A stretch of DNA of 64,000 nt from an uncultured Alphaproteobacteria bacterium (GTDB lineage: Bacteria; Pseudomonadota; Alphaproteobacteria; Rhizobiales; Rhizobiaceae). A program made the translations under genes and the position numbers. Below, piece after piece: positions 22,133 to 33,747 of the stretch. Location: contig CAVOVL010000006.1 of assembly GCA_963699855.1 (NCBI GenBank), positions 68,606-132,605 of the forward strand, read 5' to 3'. How positions within the stretch are numbered: position 1 is the first letter of the stretch; every line of letters starts with the position of its first letter. The notes under the pieces are model-generated. The model was not told the origin of the DNA. It did not search any database and saw only the letters and a program-made list of their open reading frames with translations.

Positions 22133-22895
22133 ATGGATCTTGGATTGAAGGGGCTGCGCGTCCTTGTGACAGGCGGCAGCAAGGGTATCGGCCGCCATTG
22201 CGCGGAAATATTCGCTTCGGAAGGCGCGCATGTCTCGATCTGCGCGCGCGATGCCGGCGGTGTGACGTCTGCGGTCGAAAGCCTGAAGTCGAAGGGTGTC
22301 ACGGTCATCGGCCGGGGCGTGAACGTGGCCGACAAGCATGCCCTGAAAGCCTGGGTGAGCGACAGTGCGGCGACCCTTGGCGGCATCGATATCGTCGTCG
22401 GCAACGTTTCCGCGCTTGTCGGTCGGAGAAGATGAATCCGACTGGGAAGCGACTTTCCAGACCGACATGATGCATTGCGTGCGGCTGGTGAACGCGGCGA
22501 TGCCATTCCTCGAGAAGTCGAAGGCCGCATCGATCACGCTCATCTCGTCGGTCTCGGGACGCGAGGTGGACTTTACCGGCTATGCCTACGGCGCCTTCAA
22601 GGCGGCGATCGTGCATTACGCACAGGGTCTAGCGTTCAAGCATGCGGCCAAGGGCATTCGCGCCAACACCGTGTCGCCGGGCAACACCTATTTCGACGGC
22701 GGTATCTGGCAGTCGATCGAGAAGAACAACCCGGCGCTGTTTGCGCAGGCGCTGGCGCTGAACCCCACGGGCCGCATGGCGAAGCCCGAGGAAATCGCGC
22801 GGGGCGTGGTGTTCCTGGCAAGCCCTGCATCGAGCTTCACCACGGGCACGAACCTCGTGATCGACGGTGCGCTGACGAGGGGCGTGCAGCTCTAG
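22133..22895 (+). pseudogene. SDR family oxidoreductase (short-chain dehydrogenase), one apparent frameshift near 22410
   Basis: N-terminus MDLGLKGLRVLVTGGSKGIGRH (Rossmann TGGSKGIG) in ORF 22133. The remainder, with the YGAFKAA catalytic region, lies in ORF 22365-22895. RBS GAGGGGAAAC before the ATG. Confidence 0.75.
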
Positions 22896-22899
22896 CGGT

Positions 22900-23196
22900 T
22901 CAGCGTTCGAACACCTCATGCGCGGTGACGACGGTCACCGCGCCGTCGAGGCTGTCGCCTGCTTCGGCGAAGAATCCCTTCGAGCCGGCGCCATTGTTGT
23001 GCCGGTCCATCGCCACCTTGTCGGTGAAACGCTCGTAGGTCGTGAACACGCAAGGATCGGACGGGTCCTGCGCCACGAAGAAGTCAACCGTGTCCGGCTC
23101 GTTGGCGCGCACGAACGCGCCAACCTTGACCAGCGCGTCGCGCACTTTCGCTTCATGGCCCGGCTTTGCCCGGATAATCGCCGTCAGGGTTTGCAT
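22900..23196 (-). CDS. antibiotic biosynthesis monooxygenase (ABM)/Dabb-like small protein
   Basis: Starts at MQTLTAIIRAKPGHEAKVRDALVKV..., with an AAGGAG RBS 7 nt upstream of ATG 23196. The ORF track begins earlier, at 23238, overlapping the upstream gene. Confidence 0.65.
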   Translation of the reverse strand: MQTLTAIIRAKPGHEAKVRDALVKVGAFVRANEPDTVDFFVAQDPSDPCVFTTYERFTDKVAMDRHNNGAGSKGFFAEAGDSLDGAVTVVTAHEVFER

Positions 23197-23215
23197 CGCT
23201 ACTCCTTGCATTCGT

Positions 23216-24961
23216 TCAGGCGGCGGGGGTAAGGCCAAGTTCGGTGATCATTGCTTCCTGCATCTTGAACTTCTGCGCCTTGCCGGTGGCGGTGAGCGGG
23301 AATTCGTCGACGATGCGCACGTGTCGGGGGATCTTGTAGTGGGCGATCTTGCCGCGGCACCACTCGCGCAATGCCTCGCCCGTGAGGCCGGAGCCCGGGC
23401 GGGCAATCACCCAGGCCGCGACTTCCTCACCCATTTTCGGGTCGGGCAGGCCGAAAACCTGAACTTGCGCGATGTCGGGATGGCTGGCGAGAAACTCCTC
23501 GACCTCGACGGGATAGACGTTTTCGCCGCCGCGGATCAGCATGTCCTTGCTGCGGCCGACGATCTTGCAATAGCCTTCGGCATCGATGGTGGCGAGATCG
23601 CCGGTATACATCCAGCCGTCGCGGATCGCCTCGGCCGTGCGCTCCGGATCGTTCCAGTAACCTTTCATCACCAGGTAGCCGCGCGTAACCAACTCGCCCT
23701 TCTGGCCGATGGGAAGCGTGTTCCCGTTCTCGTCGACAACGCGGCACTCGGCGTGCGGCTGGATGCGGCCGACGGTCGATACACGGCGCGATACATCATC
23801 GTCGGTGGATGACTGAAACGAGATCGGGCTCGTCTCGGTCATGCCATAGCCGATCGTTATTTCCCGGCAGTGCATCTCGTCGATCACGCGCCGCATCAGC
23901 GGTTCGGGGCAGGGCGAACCTGCCATGATTCCCGTGCGCAGCGACGACATATCGAAGGTGTTGAAGTCCGAGTGATCCAACATGGCGGCGAACATAGTCG
24001 GCACGCCATGCACGGCATTGCAGCGTTCCGCCTCGATCGCCGAAAGCGTTTCGCGCGGCTCGAAAGCTTCGCCCGGTATCACCATGGTGACGCCGTAGGA
24101 ACAGGCAGCGAGATTGCCCAGCACCATGCCGAAGCAATGGTAGAACGGCACGGGAATGCACAGCGCATCGCCGGGCCGCAGCTTCATGGCGCGCGCGGTC
24201 GAGATGGCGTTGTTGACGATATTCTTGTGCGTCAGCGTCGCGCCTTTCGGTGCGCCGGTGGTTCCTGACGTGAACTGGATGTTGATGGGATCGCCTGGGT
24301 TCAAGGAAGCGGAGATGGCGTCGAGGCGCGAACGCACCGCCGAGCGCCCCCGGCTCATGACCTCGTCGAAAGAGAAGCAGCCGGAACGCGGGTTCGGGCC
24401 AAGCTGGATGACCGCCTTCAAATGCGGCAGTCGTTTGCTTTGCAAATGACCCTGCGGGCAGTGCGCAAGCTCCGGGGCAATTTCCTCCACCATGGACAAG
24501 TAGTTCGAGTTCTTGAATTGCGGAGCGACGATCAGCGTCTTCACGCCTGCCTTGTTTAGCGCGTATTCAAGTTCGCTGGTGCGATAGGCCGGATTGATGT
24601 TGACCATGATCGCGCCGATGCGCGCAGTGGCGAACTGCGCCAGCAGCCATTCGGGGCGATTGGGCGACCAGATGCCGATCCGCTCGCCCTTGTAAACACC
24701 GATCGACAGCAGCCCCGCGGCCAGCCGGTCAACCAGCCGGGCAAACTCGGCGTAGCTCCAGCGATCGCCGGTCTGGCGGAACACCGCTGCCGTACGCTCG
24801 CCATGGCGGCGCACCACCTCGGCGAGGAAGGCGGGAATGGTGGCATCGAGCAGCGGACGTTCCGTGGATCCGGCGACGTGCGATATGCCGTTCATCGGGA
24901 CGATGCCCGGCCTTGCCGTAATCGTTGCTGCCATGGCCCGGGCCTCCCGTCCCGCACTCAC
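23216..24961 (-). CDS. AMP-dependent acyl-CoA synthetase/ligase
   Basis: Intact 581 aa. AMP-binding motif [18 protein letters not shown] and ...GYGMTETSP.... The start overlaps the upstream stop (ATGA). Confidence 0.85.
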   Translation of the reverse strand: MSAGREARAMAATITARPGIVPMNGISHVAGSTERPLLDATIPAFLAEVVRRHGERTAAVFRQTGDRWSYAEFARLVDRLAAGLLSIGVYKGERIGIWSPNRPEWLLAQFATARIGAIMVNINPAYRTSELEYALNKAGVKTLIVAPQFKNSNYLSMVEEIAPELAHCPQGHLQSKRLPHLKAVIQLGPNPRSGCFSFDEVMSRGRSAVRSRLDAISASLNPGDPINIQFTSGTTGAPKGATLTHKNIVNNAISTARAMKLRPGDALCIPVPFYHCFGMVLGNLAACSYGVTMVIPGEAFEPRETLSAIEAERCNAVHGVPTMFAAMLDHSDFNTFDMSSLRTGIMAGSPCPEPLMRRVIDEMHCREITIGYGMTETSPISFQSSTDDDVSRRVSTVGRIQPHAECRVVDENGNTLPIGQKGELVTRGYLVMKGYWNDPERTAEAIRDGWMYTGDLATIDAEGYCKIVGRSKDMLIRGGENVYPVEVEEFLASHPDIAQVQVFGLPDPKMGEEVAAWVIARPGSGLTGEALREWCRGKIAHYKIPRHVRIVDEFPLTATGKAQKFKMQEAMITELGLTPAA

Positions 24962-27321
24962 ATCTTCCGCCAGTCACCTGCCTGTTCGAAGGCGCCGGCG
25001 GCGCGATAGATGGTGCTTTCCTCGTAGCGCCTGCCCACGAGTTGCATGCCGACCGGAAGGCCTTGCGAAAAGCCGCACGGCACATTCATGGCCGGATGGC
25101 CCGACACGTCGAACGGCGCCGTGTTGGCCAGCATCTCGAATGCGCGCTGGCACCACAATGCCAGCGAGCTGTTGGCCGGCGGCAGCGGCGTCGCCTTCAT
25201 CGGCGTCGTGGGCATCAGCAGCAGGTCGTAGGAGGAAAGCATCTTGTTGTACTCGTCGCGCAACTGCCGCGACAGGTTCTGCGCCTTTGCATAGTAGTGA
25301 CCGCGAGTGTGCTTGAGGTGGTACATGCCCACCAGCATGCTGATCTTGAGCGTGTCGGAAAGCTCGTCCGCGCGCGAGCGCCAGTGCGAATGATAGTCGA
25401 GCAGCGAGGTGGTGTAGAGGCCTTCCCAGCCGGTGCCCATGCCGTTGCCGAGCATCATCTGGTTGGTCAGGCCCTCCAGCGCTATCGGGGTCCAGATCGC
25501 CACCCCCTTGAGGTGCCATGGCACCGAAACCTCGTCGACGGGAGCGCCGAGCCGGCGGAAGAGTTCGGCTGCCGCGCGCACTTTTGCATCCACATCGGCT
25601 TCGGCGCCGACCTGTCCGAAGCCTTCCTTGACGACGCCGATACGAAGGCCCGAAACGCCGCGATTGACGGCGCTCGTATAGCGGTCGGTCTTCACGTCGT
25701 ATTGGCGCGGGTCCAGCCCGTCGGCGCCGGCTATCACTTCCAGCATCAGCGCGTTGTCGATGACGTTCTGCGTCATCGGGCCGGTGTGGTCGATGGTGGC
25801 CTCGATCGGCATGATGCCGGTATAGGGAACGAGGCCGTGCGTCGGCTTCATGCCATAGACGCCGCAAAAGGAAGCCGGCATGCGGATCGATCCGCCCTGG
25901 TCTCCGCCAATGGCCATGTCGACGAGGCCCGCGCCGACCAGCGCGCCGGAACCGGACGACGATCCACCGGCGGAATAGCCGTGCTTGTGCGGATTGTGGA
26001 CCGGTCCCGTCGCGTTGGTGTGGCTTCCGCCGGACAGGCAGAAATACTCGCAATGCGCCTTGCCGGCGATGATCGCACCGGCGTCGAGCAGGCGCGTCAC
26101 GATCGTCGCGTCAATGTCGGGCGTGTAGCCCTTCAAGGTCGCGGCGCCGTTCATCATCGGCACGCCGGCGAGGCAGACATTGTCCTTGAGCGCCACCGTG
26201 CGCCCGTGCAGGGGACCGCGCGGCGCACCCCTGATCTCGGTCTTCACGTACCAGGCGTTCATCGGGTTTTCCTCCGCCGTCGGGCGGTAGCCCGATGTGC
26301 GCGGATAGAGCACCGGCGGCAGGTAATCGGGCAGCGCATCGACGACATCGTAGGCGTCGAGGGTGCCTTGCATCACGTCAAGGAATTCCTGGACGCGGGC
26401 GTCCGACATGTGCATTCCAAGTTCTGACACCACATCCTTCATCTGGGCCAAGGTCGGGCGCTGGACCGTCATGTAGGATATCCTTTCCTGGAGCGATGCC
26501 TGGACGGGCAGGGGGGCGGAGCCGGCCCCGGCGCCTGCCGTCGATCTTGACTGTGCCGCGGGCGCGGCGAGCTTGGGAACCGTTGCTTTCGACGCGGGCT
26601 TTGCGCCGCTGCCGCCAAGGCCGGTGAACTCCTCGATCAGCGCCGGATCGGATGCTTCCGACCCCGATATCTCGCCGATGATCGCGCCCTTCTGGATCAG
26701 CAGCACGCGATCCGACAGGGCCGTGATGAAGTCGAGGCTCTGTTCCACCAGCACGATGGAAACACCCATGCGGCGGTTGAGGCCTTTGAGAAGGTCGATG
26801 ATCTCGTCGATAATGGAAGGCTGGATGCCTTCCGTGGGCTCGTCGAGAAGAATGAGATCCGGCTGCGAAATCAGGCAACGCGCCAGCGCAAGCAATTGCT
26901 GCTCGCCGCCGGAAAGCGCGCCTCCGTCCCGGTCGAGAAGCCGCTCGAGCCGGGGAAAATCGCGCAGCACCTGCTCGATCGCCTCGTCCTCGTCCAATTC
27001 ATGTGCCGCAACACCCATGCGCAGGTTGTCGCGTACCGTGAGGTTCGGGAAAATTCCGCGTCCTTGCGGGACGTAGCCGATGCCGAACTGCGCGCGCTCC
27101 GATGAGCGCATGCGCGTCAAGTCATTGCCGTCATAGCGCATGTCGCCACCGGTAACGGGAATAATGCCCATCACGGTCTTGAGCAGCGTGCTCTTGCCCA
27201 TGCCGTTATGGCCAAGGACGCCGAGGATTTCGCCTGCGTCGACGGAAAAGTCGACGCCGTGCAATACGGGCACGCGGCCATAGCCGGAACGCAATCCCTT
27301 GACCTCAAGCAGTGTGCTCAT
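24958..27321 (-). CDS. single 787-aa ORF fusing a LivF/UrtE-like ABC transporter ATP-binding domain (N-terminus, about 235 aa) through a low-complexity linker to a complete amidase-signature amidase (about 500 aa)
   Basis: N-terminus [15 protein letters not shown]...[11 protein letters not shown]...[15 protein letters not shown]. Linker [41 protein letters not shown]. Then [15 protein letters not shown]... with [11 protein letters not shown], the amidase Ser-cisSer-Lys region. No stop in this frame. Confidence 0.7.
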   Translation of the reverse strand: MSTLLEVKGLRSGYGRVPVLHGVDFSVDAGEILGVLGHNGMGKSTLLKTVMGIIPVTGGDMRYDGNDLTRMRSSERAQFGIGYVPQGRGIFPNLTVRDNLRMGVAAHELDEDEAIEQVLRDFPRLERLLDRDGGALSGGEQQLLALARCLISQPDLILLDEPTEGIQPSIIDEIIDLLKGLNRRMGVSIVLVEQSLDFITALSDRVLLIQKGAIIGEISGSEASDPALIEEFTGLGGSGAKPASKATVPKLAAPAAQSRSTAGAGAGSAPLPVQASLQERISYMTVQRPTLAQMKDVVSELGMHMSDARVQEFLDVMQGTLDAYDVVDALPDYLPPVLYPRTSGYRPTAEENPMNAWYVKTEIRGAPRGPLHGRTVALKDNVCLAGVPMMNGAATLKGYTPDIDATIVTRLLDAGAIIAGKAHCEYFCLSGGSHTNATGPVHNPHKHGYSAGGSSSGSGALVGAGLVDMAIGGDQGGSIRMPASFCGVYGMKPTHGLVPYTGIMPIEATIDHTGPMTQNVIDNALMLEVIAGADGLDPRQYDVKTDRYTSAVNRGVSGLRIGVVKEGFGQVGAEADVDAKVRAAAELFRRLGAPVDEVSVPWHLKGVAIWTPIALEGLTNQMMLGNGMGTGWEGLYTTSLLDYHSHWRSRADELSDTLKISMLVGMYHLKHTRGHYYAKAQNLSRQLRDEYNKMLSSYDLLLMPTTPMKATPLPPANSSLALWCQRAFEMLANTAPFDVSGHPAMNVPCGFSQGLPVGMQLVGRRYEESTIYRAAGAFEQAGDWRKM

Positions 27322-28064
27322 GCGCGGTGCCCCAGATAGACTTCGCGGGCGCGCTTGTCCGACGAGATGGCGTCCATCGTGTCCTCCATGAGGATGCGGC
27401 CCTCATGGAAAAGCGTCACCGTGCGCGAGATCATGCGAATGAACTGCATGTCGTGTTCCACCACGATGAGCGCCGCCGAATTGTTGATTTCGGAAATCAG
27501 TTCAGCCGTACGGGCGGTCTCTTCGTGGGTCATTCCGGCCGCCGGCTCGTCCAGCAGCACCAGCCAGGGTTCGGCCGCGATCACCATGCCCAGTTCCACC
27601 CATTGCCGCTGTCCGTGCGCTAGGCGTCCAACGGTCGAGCGGCGGATGTCGCCCAGCCGGAGGCGGTCGATCGTGTCGGATGTGAGCGAGCGGGCCTTCG
27701 CCTGTCCGTGCCAACGCCGGGCCGAAAGCCAGATGTTCTCCTCTGTCGTCAGCCCGTCGAATACGTTCGGCACCTGTGTCTTGATGCCGACGCCCATGCT
27801 GGCGACTTCGTGCGGTTCGGCGCCGGTGGTGGTGGTGCCGCGAATGCGGATTTCGCCTTCGCTTGGCACCAGCTGGCCGGTGAGGCATTTGAAGAAGGTC
27901 GACTTGCCCGCGCCGTTGGGGCCGATGAGGCAGCGCAGTTCCTTGTCGAACAGGGTGAAATCGACCTGGTCAACGGCCCGCACCCCGCCGAAATGCATGG
28001 AGAGGCCGCGCGTCTCGACAACGGCATCGCGCGTGCGGATCTTGCCTTCCACCGCCATGTTCAT
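27318..28064 (-). CDS. LivG/UrtD-like branched-chain-type ABC transporter ATP-binding protein
   Basis: MNMAVEGKIRTRDAVVETRGLSMHFGGVRAVD..GPNGAGKST. Start ATG 28064 overlaps the LivM stop. The track ORF begins earlier, at 28136. Confidence 0.8.
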   Translation of the reverse strand: MNMAVEGKIRTRDAVVETRGLSMHFGGVRAVDQVDFTLFDKELRCLIGPNGAGKSTFFKCLTGQLVPSEGEIRIRGTTTTGAEPHEVASMGVGIKTQVPNVFDGLTTEENIWLSARRWHGQAKARSLTSDTIDRLRLGDIRRSTVGRLAHGQRQWVELGMVIAAEPWLVLLDEPAAGMTHEETARTAELISEINNSAALIVVEHDMQFIRMISRTVTLFHEGRILMEDTMDAISSDKRAREVYLGHRA

Positions 28065-29105
28065 TTCACACCTTCCGGCTTGCGCACGGCCCGGCGGCGG
28101 CGGACCGGTCCGCGCCTGCGCTTGGCGTTTGCCCAATCGATCACGGTGGGCGCTATTCCCTTGGGGACCAGGAGCACGAAAACAATGAGGATGATGCCAA
28201 GCACCAGATTGTTGTTGAGCTGGCTTTGCGCGCCCAGTGACGATGTCAGGTAGAACAGCGCGAAGGTGGCGATCACCGGTCCGATCAGCGTTCCGCGCCC
28301 GCCGACGATGACCCAGATGATCGTCAGCGCCGCGTTATAGAGGCTGAATACATCGGGCGTTATGCGTCCCACGCCATTGCAGAACAGCACGCCGCCGATC
28401 GCGGCAATGCCGGCGCCTATGGTGAAGATGCCGAGCTTGTAAGCGCGCGTATCATAGCCCAGCAGTTCGGCCCGAAGTTCGTTCTCGCGGATCGAAACGC
28501 AGACCCTGCCGAAATGCGTCGTCACGAGCCAGCCGGCGAATACAAAGCACAAGATGAGCGCGGCCATCGCGACATAGAAAACGTGTTCCGGCGACAGCAG
28601 CGCCTTCGTATCCCACGGCAGGTTTATGGGCGGCGAGGTTATGCCGTTAAAGCCACCCAGCAACGATTTGCCGATCTTGAATTCCGGACCGGACGTGCGG
28701 CGCATCAGCGAGAAGAGAATCAGCGTTACGGTGAGTGTGATGACGCCGAGATAGACGTCGGAAACGCGGCCGTAGAAAATGAAATAGCCAAGCAGGGCGG
28801 CAAAGGCGCAGGCAACAGCCACCGCCAGGAGGATCGCCCAGGAGGTGCCGCCAAAATTGATGGCAGCGATCGTATAGGCATAGCCGCCAATGCCGAAAAA
28901 CGCGACCTGGCCGAAGCACAAGATGCCGCCGAATCCCCAGATCAACGCGAGGCTCAGCGCAAGCACGGCAAGGCCGATCACGGTGGTGAGGTTTATGATC
29001 GTGAAGAGCTGCAGCACATGCGGCGCTGCCAGCATGAAGACGATGCCAATCAGCCGCGAAAATCAGCGTCGCGCGCATCTCGCGAAGGGTTCCGGAACCG
29101 TTCAT
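28061..29105 (-). pseudogene. LivM/UrtC-like ABC transporter permease, probable frameshift near 29045
   Basis: The main body is intact in ORF 28061-29035. A likely N-terminus MNGSGTLREMRATLIF sits in a different frame (ORF 28647-29105) and overlaps the LivH stop. Confidence 0.65.
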
Positions 29106-29971
29106 AGTGATTTCCGGAAGAAGCGACCGGTAATGCCGGTGGGCATCAGGCGCAGGAGAATGATTGCCGTCACGAGCAGCGCAACTTCGCCGATCGTCGG
29201 ACCGGTAAGGAACGTCACGATGCCGTTGATGCCGCCAAGGAGGATCGAGCCTGCCGCGGTGCCGGCAAGTATCGAGGCGCCGCCCGAGATGACCGTGATG
29301 AAGGCCTTGGCGATATAGGTTGCGCCCATGGTGGGCAGTACGCCGGTGACCGGCGCCAGGAGGCCGCCGGCAAGGCCGCTAACTGCCGCGCCGAGGCCGA
29401 ACGTGATCATGTAGATGCGGCTGGTCGAGACGCCGAGCGAGGAAGCCATCTGCGCGTTCTGCATGGTGCCGCGCGCCAGGAGCCCCAGTTTCGTCAGCTT
29501 GAGCGTTGCGTAGACCGCAAGCAGGAGCAGCGCGGTCACGAAGATCAGAAACAGGTCGTAGCCCGAAATCGTGTAGCCGCCGATCGGGAGTGCCCCGATC
29601 GGCGGCGAGATCGTGGTGGTGGTTTGCGCGCCGAAGATCGACGTCACGATACCGATGAGAAGGAGGGAGAGCCCCCAGGTGGCCAACAGCGTGTCGACCA
29701 TGCGGCCATACAGCCAGCGGATCAGCAGCCTTTCGACGATGACACCGATGATTCCCACGACCAGCGGCGCGAGAATCAGCATGGCGATCCAGATGTTGAC
29801 CCCGTTGTTGGTCGCGACGACGACCGTATAGCCGCCGAGCATCAGGAACTCGCCATGCGCGAGGTTGATCACCCGCATCATGCCGAAGATGATCGCGAGC
29901 CCGAGGCTTATCAGCGCCAGGTTCGCGATGCCGTAGATCAGCTGCAGACCGATCGCGATGACCTGGTCCAA
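29102..29971 (-). CDS. LivH/UrtB-like ABC transporter permease
   Basis: Intact 289 aa, hydrophobic, LivH-like (MDQVIAIGLQLIYGIANLALISLGLAIIFG...). Confidence 0.8.
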   Translation of the reverse strand: MDQVIAIGLQLIYGIANLALISLGLAIIFGMMRVINLAHGEFLMLGGYTVVVATNNGVNIWIAMLILAPLVVGIIGVIVERLLIRWLYGRMVDTLLATWGLSLLLIGIVTSIFGAQTTTTISPPIGALPIGGYTISGYDLFLIFVTALLLLAVYATLKLTKLGLLARGTMQNAQMASSLGVSTSRIYMITFGLGAAVSGLAGGLLAPVTGVLPTMGATYIAKAFITVISGGASILAGTAAGSILLGGINGIVTFLTGPTIGEVALLVTAIILLRLMPTGITGRFFRKSL

Positions 29972-30008
29972 TGGGCTCTCCCGTATTGTGTTCCGGCGAG
30001 TGCCGGCG

Positions 30009-31257
30009 TTACTTGATGCCTGCCGCCTCGAGTCCGTTCTCGAAGAAGAAGACGGACTGGTTCGGATTGGCGACGAGGTCGCAGACGAGCTGGGTGTCCG
30101 AGGGCGGCTGCGCTTCGTAGGTCTCGACGATCTGGAAAACTTGGTCTTTCAGCTCGCCCAGAACGACGTTCTGGATGCAGTGATTGGTCTTCGGATCCAC
30201 GGTTATCACGCCCGACGGTCCATCGTAGCTCAGCGGGGTCCGTAGCGCTTCGGCGACCGCATTGCGCTCGATCGAACCGGCCTTCTTCACCGCCTCTGCC
30301 CACAGCATCGCGCCTTCATAGGAACGTGTCGAAAGCTCGTTCATGACGGGGCGCTTGTCGCCCAGCTTGGCCGTCAGCTTTTCGAGGAATGCCTTGTTAG
30401 CCGGACGGTCGACTGCCTCGAAATAGGAGTAGGCAGCAAGCAGGCCGTTGCCTTCCTCGGCGGAGATCAATGTCTGCTCGTTGCCGACGCCGAAGGTTGT
30501 CGAGGCGATCGGGATGCTCTTGTTCATGCCGGCCGCGGCATACTGCTTGTAGAACGACACGTGTGCGCCGCCTACCAGAGCCGAGATCACCATGTCGGGC
30601 TTTGCAGCCTGGATTTTCTGTGATGGTCGGTCCGAAGTTGGTGACGTCGAGCGGGAAGAATTCAACCGCAACCGTTTCGCCGCCATTGTCCTTGACGAAA
30701 CGCTGCATCCACTGTGCCGTGATCTGGCCGTAATTGTAGTCGGCTGCGACGATGTAGACCTTCTTGCCCCATTTGTTCATCGCATAGGGAACAACCTTGG
30801 CGACGGTCTGGGCGGGCGTGGAGCCGGTATTGAAGTTGTTGTAGTCGCACACGCCGCCTTCATACTGCGTATTGTAGAAATAGAGCGTGTTGTAGCGGGC
30901 CAGCGTCGGGCGGATCGCCTCGCGGCTGGCCGATGTGATGCCGCCATGCACCGTCGCGGCCTTTTCGCCGGCTGCCGCCTCGGTGGCGAACTGGGTATAG
31001 AGCTGGATGTTCGACTGTGCGTCGTACATCTTCAGCTCGACTTCGCTGCCGAGCAGGCCGCCCGCGGCGTTGATATCCTCGATTGCAAGCTTGGTCGCCT
31101 CGGCCATGGGCGTGCCGTAGATGTCGAGGCCGCCGGAAAGGTCGAGAATCGATGCGAAGATGATCTTGTCCGCGGCATGCGAGCGGCGGATGAGTGCGGG
31201 CATTGCTAGCGTGAAGGCGGTGGTGCCGACGAGGAAATTTCGACGCGAGATGGACAT
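30009..31257 (-). pseudogene. Liv-family (UrtA/FmdD/AmiC-like amide/urea-type) periplasmic substrate-binding protein with Tat signal, one apparent frameshift near 30620
   Basis: N-terminus MSISRRNFLVGTTAFTLAMPALIRRSHAADK in ORF 30397-31257. The C-terminal half lies in ORF 30009-30686. Confidence 0.7.
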
Positions 31258-31315
31258 TGCAGGCTCTCCTGTCTTGAGTTCAGGCTGGCGCGTGAAGGCG
31301 TGCTTGGCCGGTGCG

Positions 31316-32946
31316 TCAGTCCTCTTTGGCGGGCTTCGACTTGCCCGTTTTCCTTGCGGGGCGAGCCCCGTTTCCGCGCCGGTCCAGCTGGGCCGTCAGC
31401 CCGCGAACGCCGTCGCCGATATTCATTCCGACTTCCTCGCCAAGCCGCTGGACGGCAGGCAATTGCAGCGCCATTGACAACACGCCGTCCACCAACTGGT
31501 TGACCGTGCTTCCCTCGCCGCCGCCCTCGCCATTGGAGGAATGGCCGTTGAGGCCATTGATCTGGTTGATGCGGATGCTTTCGATCTTTTCCGCCGGCTT
31601 CATGATGCGCTCGACAACTTCTGGCAGCGCACGCAGGCGCGCCTCGTCCAGCTTCATCGACATCAATTCCGGTGTCTGCGCGTTTTCCGCCGATATGACA
31701 CGCGGCGCGGCCTTCGGCTTCGGCCAGCAGCCTGTCGCGGGCGGCATGGGCCCGCTCCAGCGTCGCCTTCGCTTCCGCCTCGGCCATTGAAATGAGCGTG
31801 CCGACCTCGGAGCGCACACGCGTGTCGTCGACTTCGGCCTGCTCGGCGGCGCGCACAAGGGCAAGCGCCTTGTCGCGCTCCGCTGCCGCCATTTCACGCG
31901 TGGTGCGGACCTGTTCCTCGGCTTCGACTTCCTTGACCTTGGCCCCGATCGCGGCGGCTTCCGCCTTCGCTTCCTCGACCTTCTTCGCGGCAAGCGTCAC
32001 GACATTTTGCGAACGGGCAAGAGCCGTCGATAGCTCGGCTGCGAGGGTCTGCCGGCGAAGTTCGAGATCCTTCTCAATTTCGGTGAGGCGCGTCTGGCGT
32101 TCCCGTGCAATGCGCGCGGTTTCGCGCCGCTTTTCCGATTCGGCCTGTTCCTCGGCGGTGTCCGCAACACTGCGCGAGCGGGCAATCTCGATCTCGCGCT
32201 GCTGGGCGATCATCGCCTCTTCCTCTTCGCGCGCGATGGTCAGCTTGCGCTTGGTCGCATCTAGCTGGCTTTGGCGTACCGAAACCTCGGCGTCGGCCTC
32301 GATGGCTGCGCGCTCCTTCTTGTTGACAGTAATGATCTCCGCGAGGCGGCGCATGCCGAGGGCGTTGAACGCGTTGTTTTCGTCGAGCGCGCTGAAGGGC
32401 GTCTGGTCGATGCGGGTGAGCGACACCGATTCCAGCATCAGCCCGTTCTGCGCGAGGTTATCCTTGAGGACTGCCGAGACTTCTCCCGCGTAACCCGCAC
32501 GATTGTCCTGCAGTTCGTCCATCGTGTAGCGCGCCGCGACCGACAGCATGGCATCGACCAGCTTTCCTTCGAGCGTTTCGGCGAGTTCGGCGGCACGGAA
32601 AGTCTTTCCGGCAAGCGCCTGCGCGGCGGTAGCGACACCTTGTACGGTCGCATGGACGCGCACGTAGAACTCCGCGCCGACATCGACACGCAGGCGGTCC
32701 TTGGTGATGATCGACTTGCGCGCCGAGCCGCTCGATTTCGAGCTTCGTCGTGCGCATGTTGACTTCAGACACCTTGTGCAGGAATGGCAGCGCAATGCAG
32801 CCTCCGTCGAGCACGACCTTTTGCCCACCCGCACCTGTCCGCACCACGCTGATCTCGCGCGTCGCCTTGCGATAGTATCGGCTGAGAAAGAGGATGATGA
32901 GGATTGCCGCGACAAGCAGGACTACGAGACTGACAAACCACGTCAT
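31316..32946 (-). pseudogene. flotillin / SPFH (band 7) family protein (YqiK-like), at least 2 apparent frameshifts
   Basis: N-terminal TM + SPFH start MTWFVSLVVLLVAAILIILFLSRYYRKATREISVVRTGAGGQKVV in ORF 32458-32946. A long coiled-coil region lies in ORF 31206-32915. The C-terminus (ARVISAENAQTPELMSMKLDEARLRALPEV...) lies in ORF 31316-31993. Confidence 0.7.
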
Positions 32947-33162
32947 CGGCGCTGGCTTTCGAACAACAGAAATCGGTTAGCCGGCGAGTTCCCTCACCGG
33001 GCATTTGGTCGTGCCGGAGTTCTGAATTTCCCCTGGATGTGACGCTATAAGCGGCAGCGCCGGAGTCAAGGTGAAAAAAGAGACAAATGCAGAATTGTGA
33101 CGAAATCCGCATCGTCGGCGTTCATAAAGCAAGCAACGCAACTTATTGATTTAAAAGCAGGC

Positions 33163-33747
33163 CTAACGAAGCCCGTCCTTGCCTTCCGCAGCGTCGTGCG
33201 TCAGCCCGCCGACGCGGGCCAACGGACGGCCACTGTCAGTCACGGCGACGGCAACCATGATTTCCCCTGCGCGCGGGGCATCATTGAGGCGCACTTCAAT
33301 GCCGTCGAAATGGCTGCGCACATAGGCCGCGTCCTTGTGGCCAAGCGGAACGTCCAGCACCTGGCCAGGTCCGCCCATCTTCTTCGAGGATGGCACGAGC
33401 GCCGCGCCTTTTTCGACGGCCTTTCGCAGGGGTGCGCCGAGCTTTGGATGAAGGATCGCGGCTGCGTGTTCCAGTTCGCCGGCTTCCCCGACCATGGCGG
33501 CCTTGCCATAGCTTTGCGCCTGTGACGGCTCGATGCCCAGCGCCTCCACGCAGCGCTTGCCAAGCAGGCCGCCAAGTTCCTCGCCGATGTCGATCAGCGG
33601 CGTCAGGTCATCTTCGAAGCGCCCGGCAAACGGGTTGGCGATCACGGCGATTGCGACCGCCTTGCGCGTCGGATTTTCGAGAACTTGGCCTGCCTCGCGC
33701 CGCGTCTCCTCGACCCACACGGCCAGTTTGCGAATATCGGCGCTCAT
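33163..33747 (-). CDS. amino acid synthesis family protein (DUF1185 / PF06684), copy 2
   Basis: MSADIRKLAVWVEETRREAGQVLENPTRKAVAIAVIANPFAGRFEDD..., from the internal ATG 33747 of ORF 33163-34035. Paralogous to the upstream gene. Confidence 0.65.
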   Translation of the reverse strand: MSADIRKLAVWVEETRREAGQVLENPTRKAVAIAVIANPFAGRFEDDLTPLIDIGEELGGLLGKRCVEALGIEPSQAQSYGKAAMVGEAGELEHAAAILHPKLGAPLRKAVEKGAALVPSSKKMGGPGQVLDVPLGHKDAAYVRSHFDGIEVRLNDAPRAGEIMVAVAVTDSGRPLARVGGLTHDAAEGKDGLR

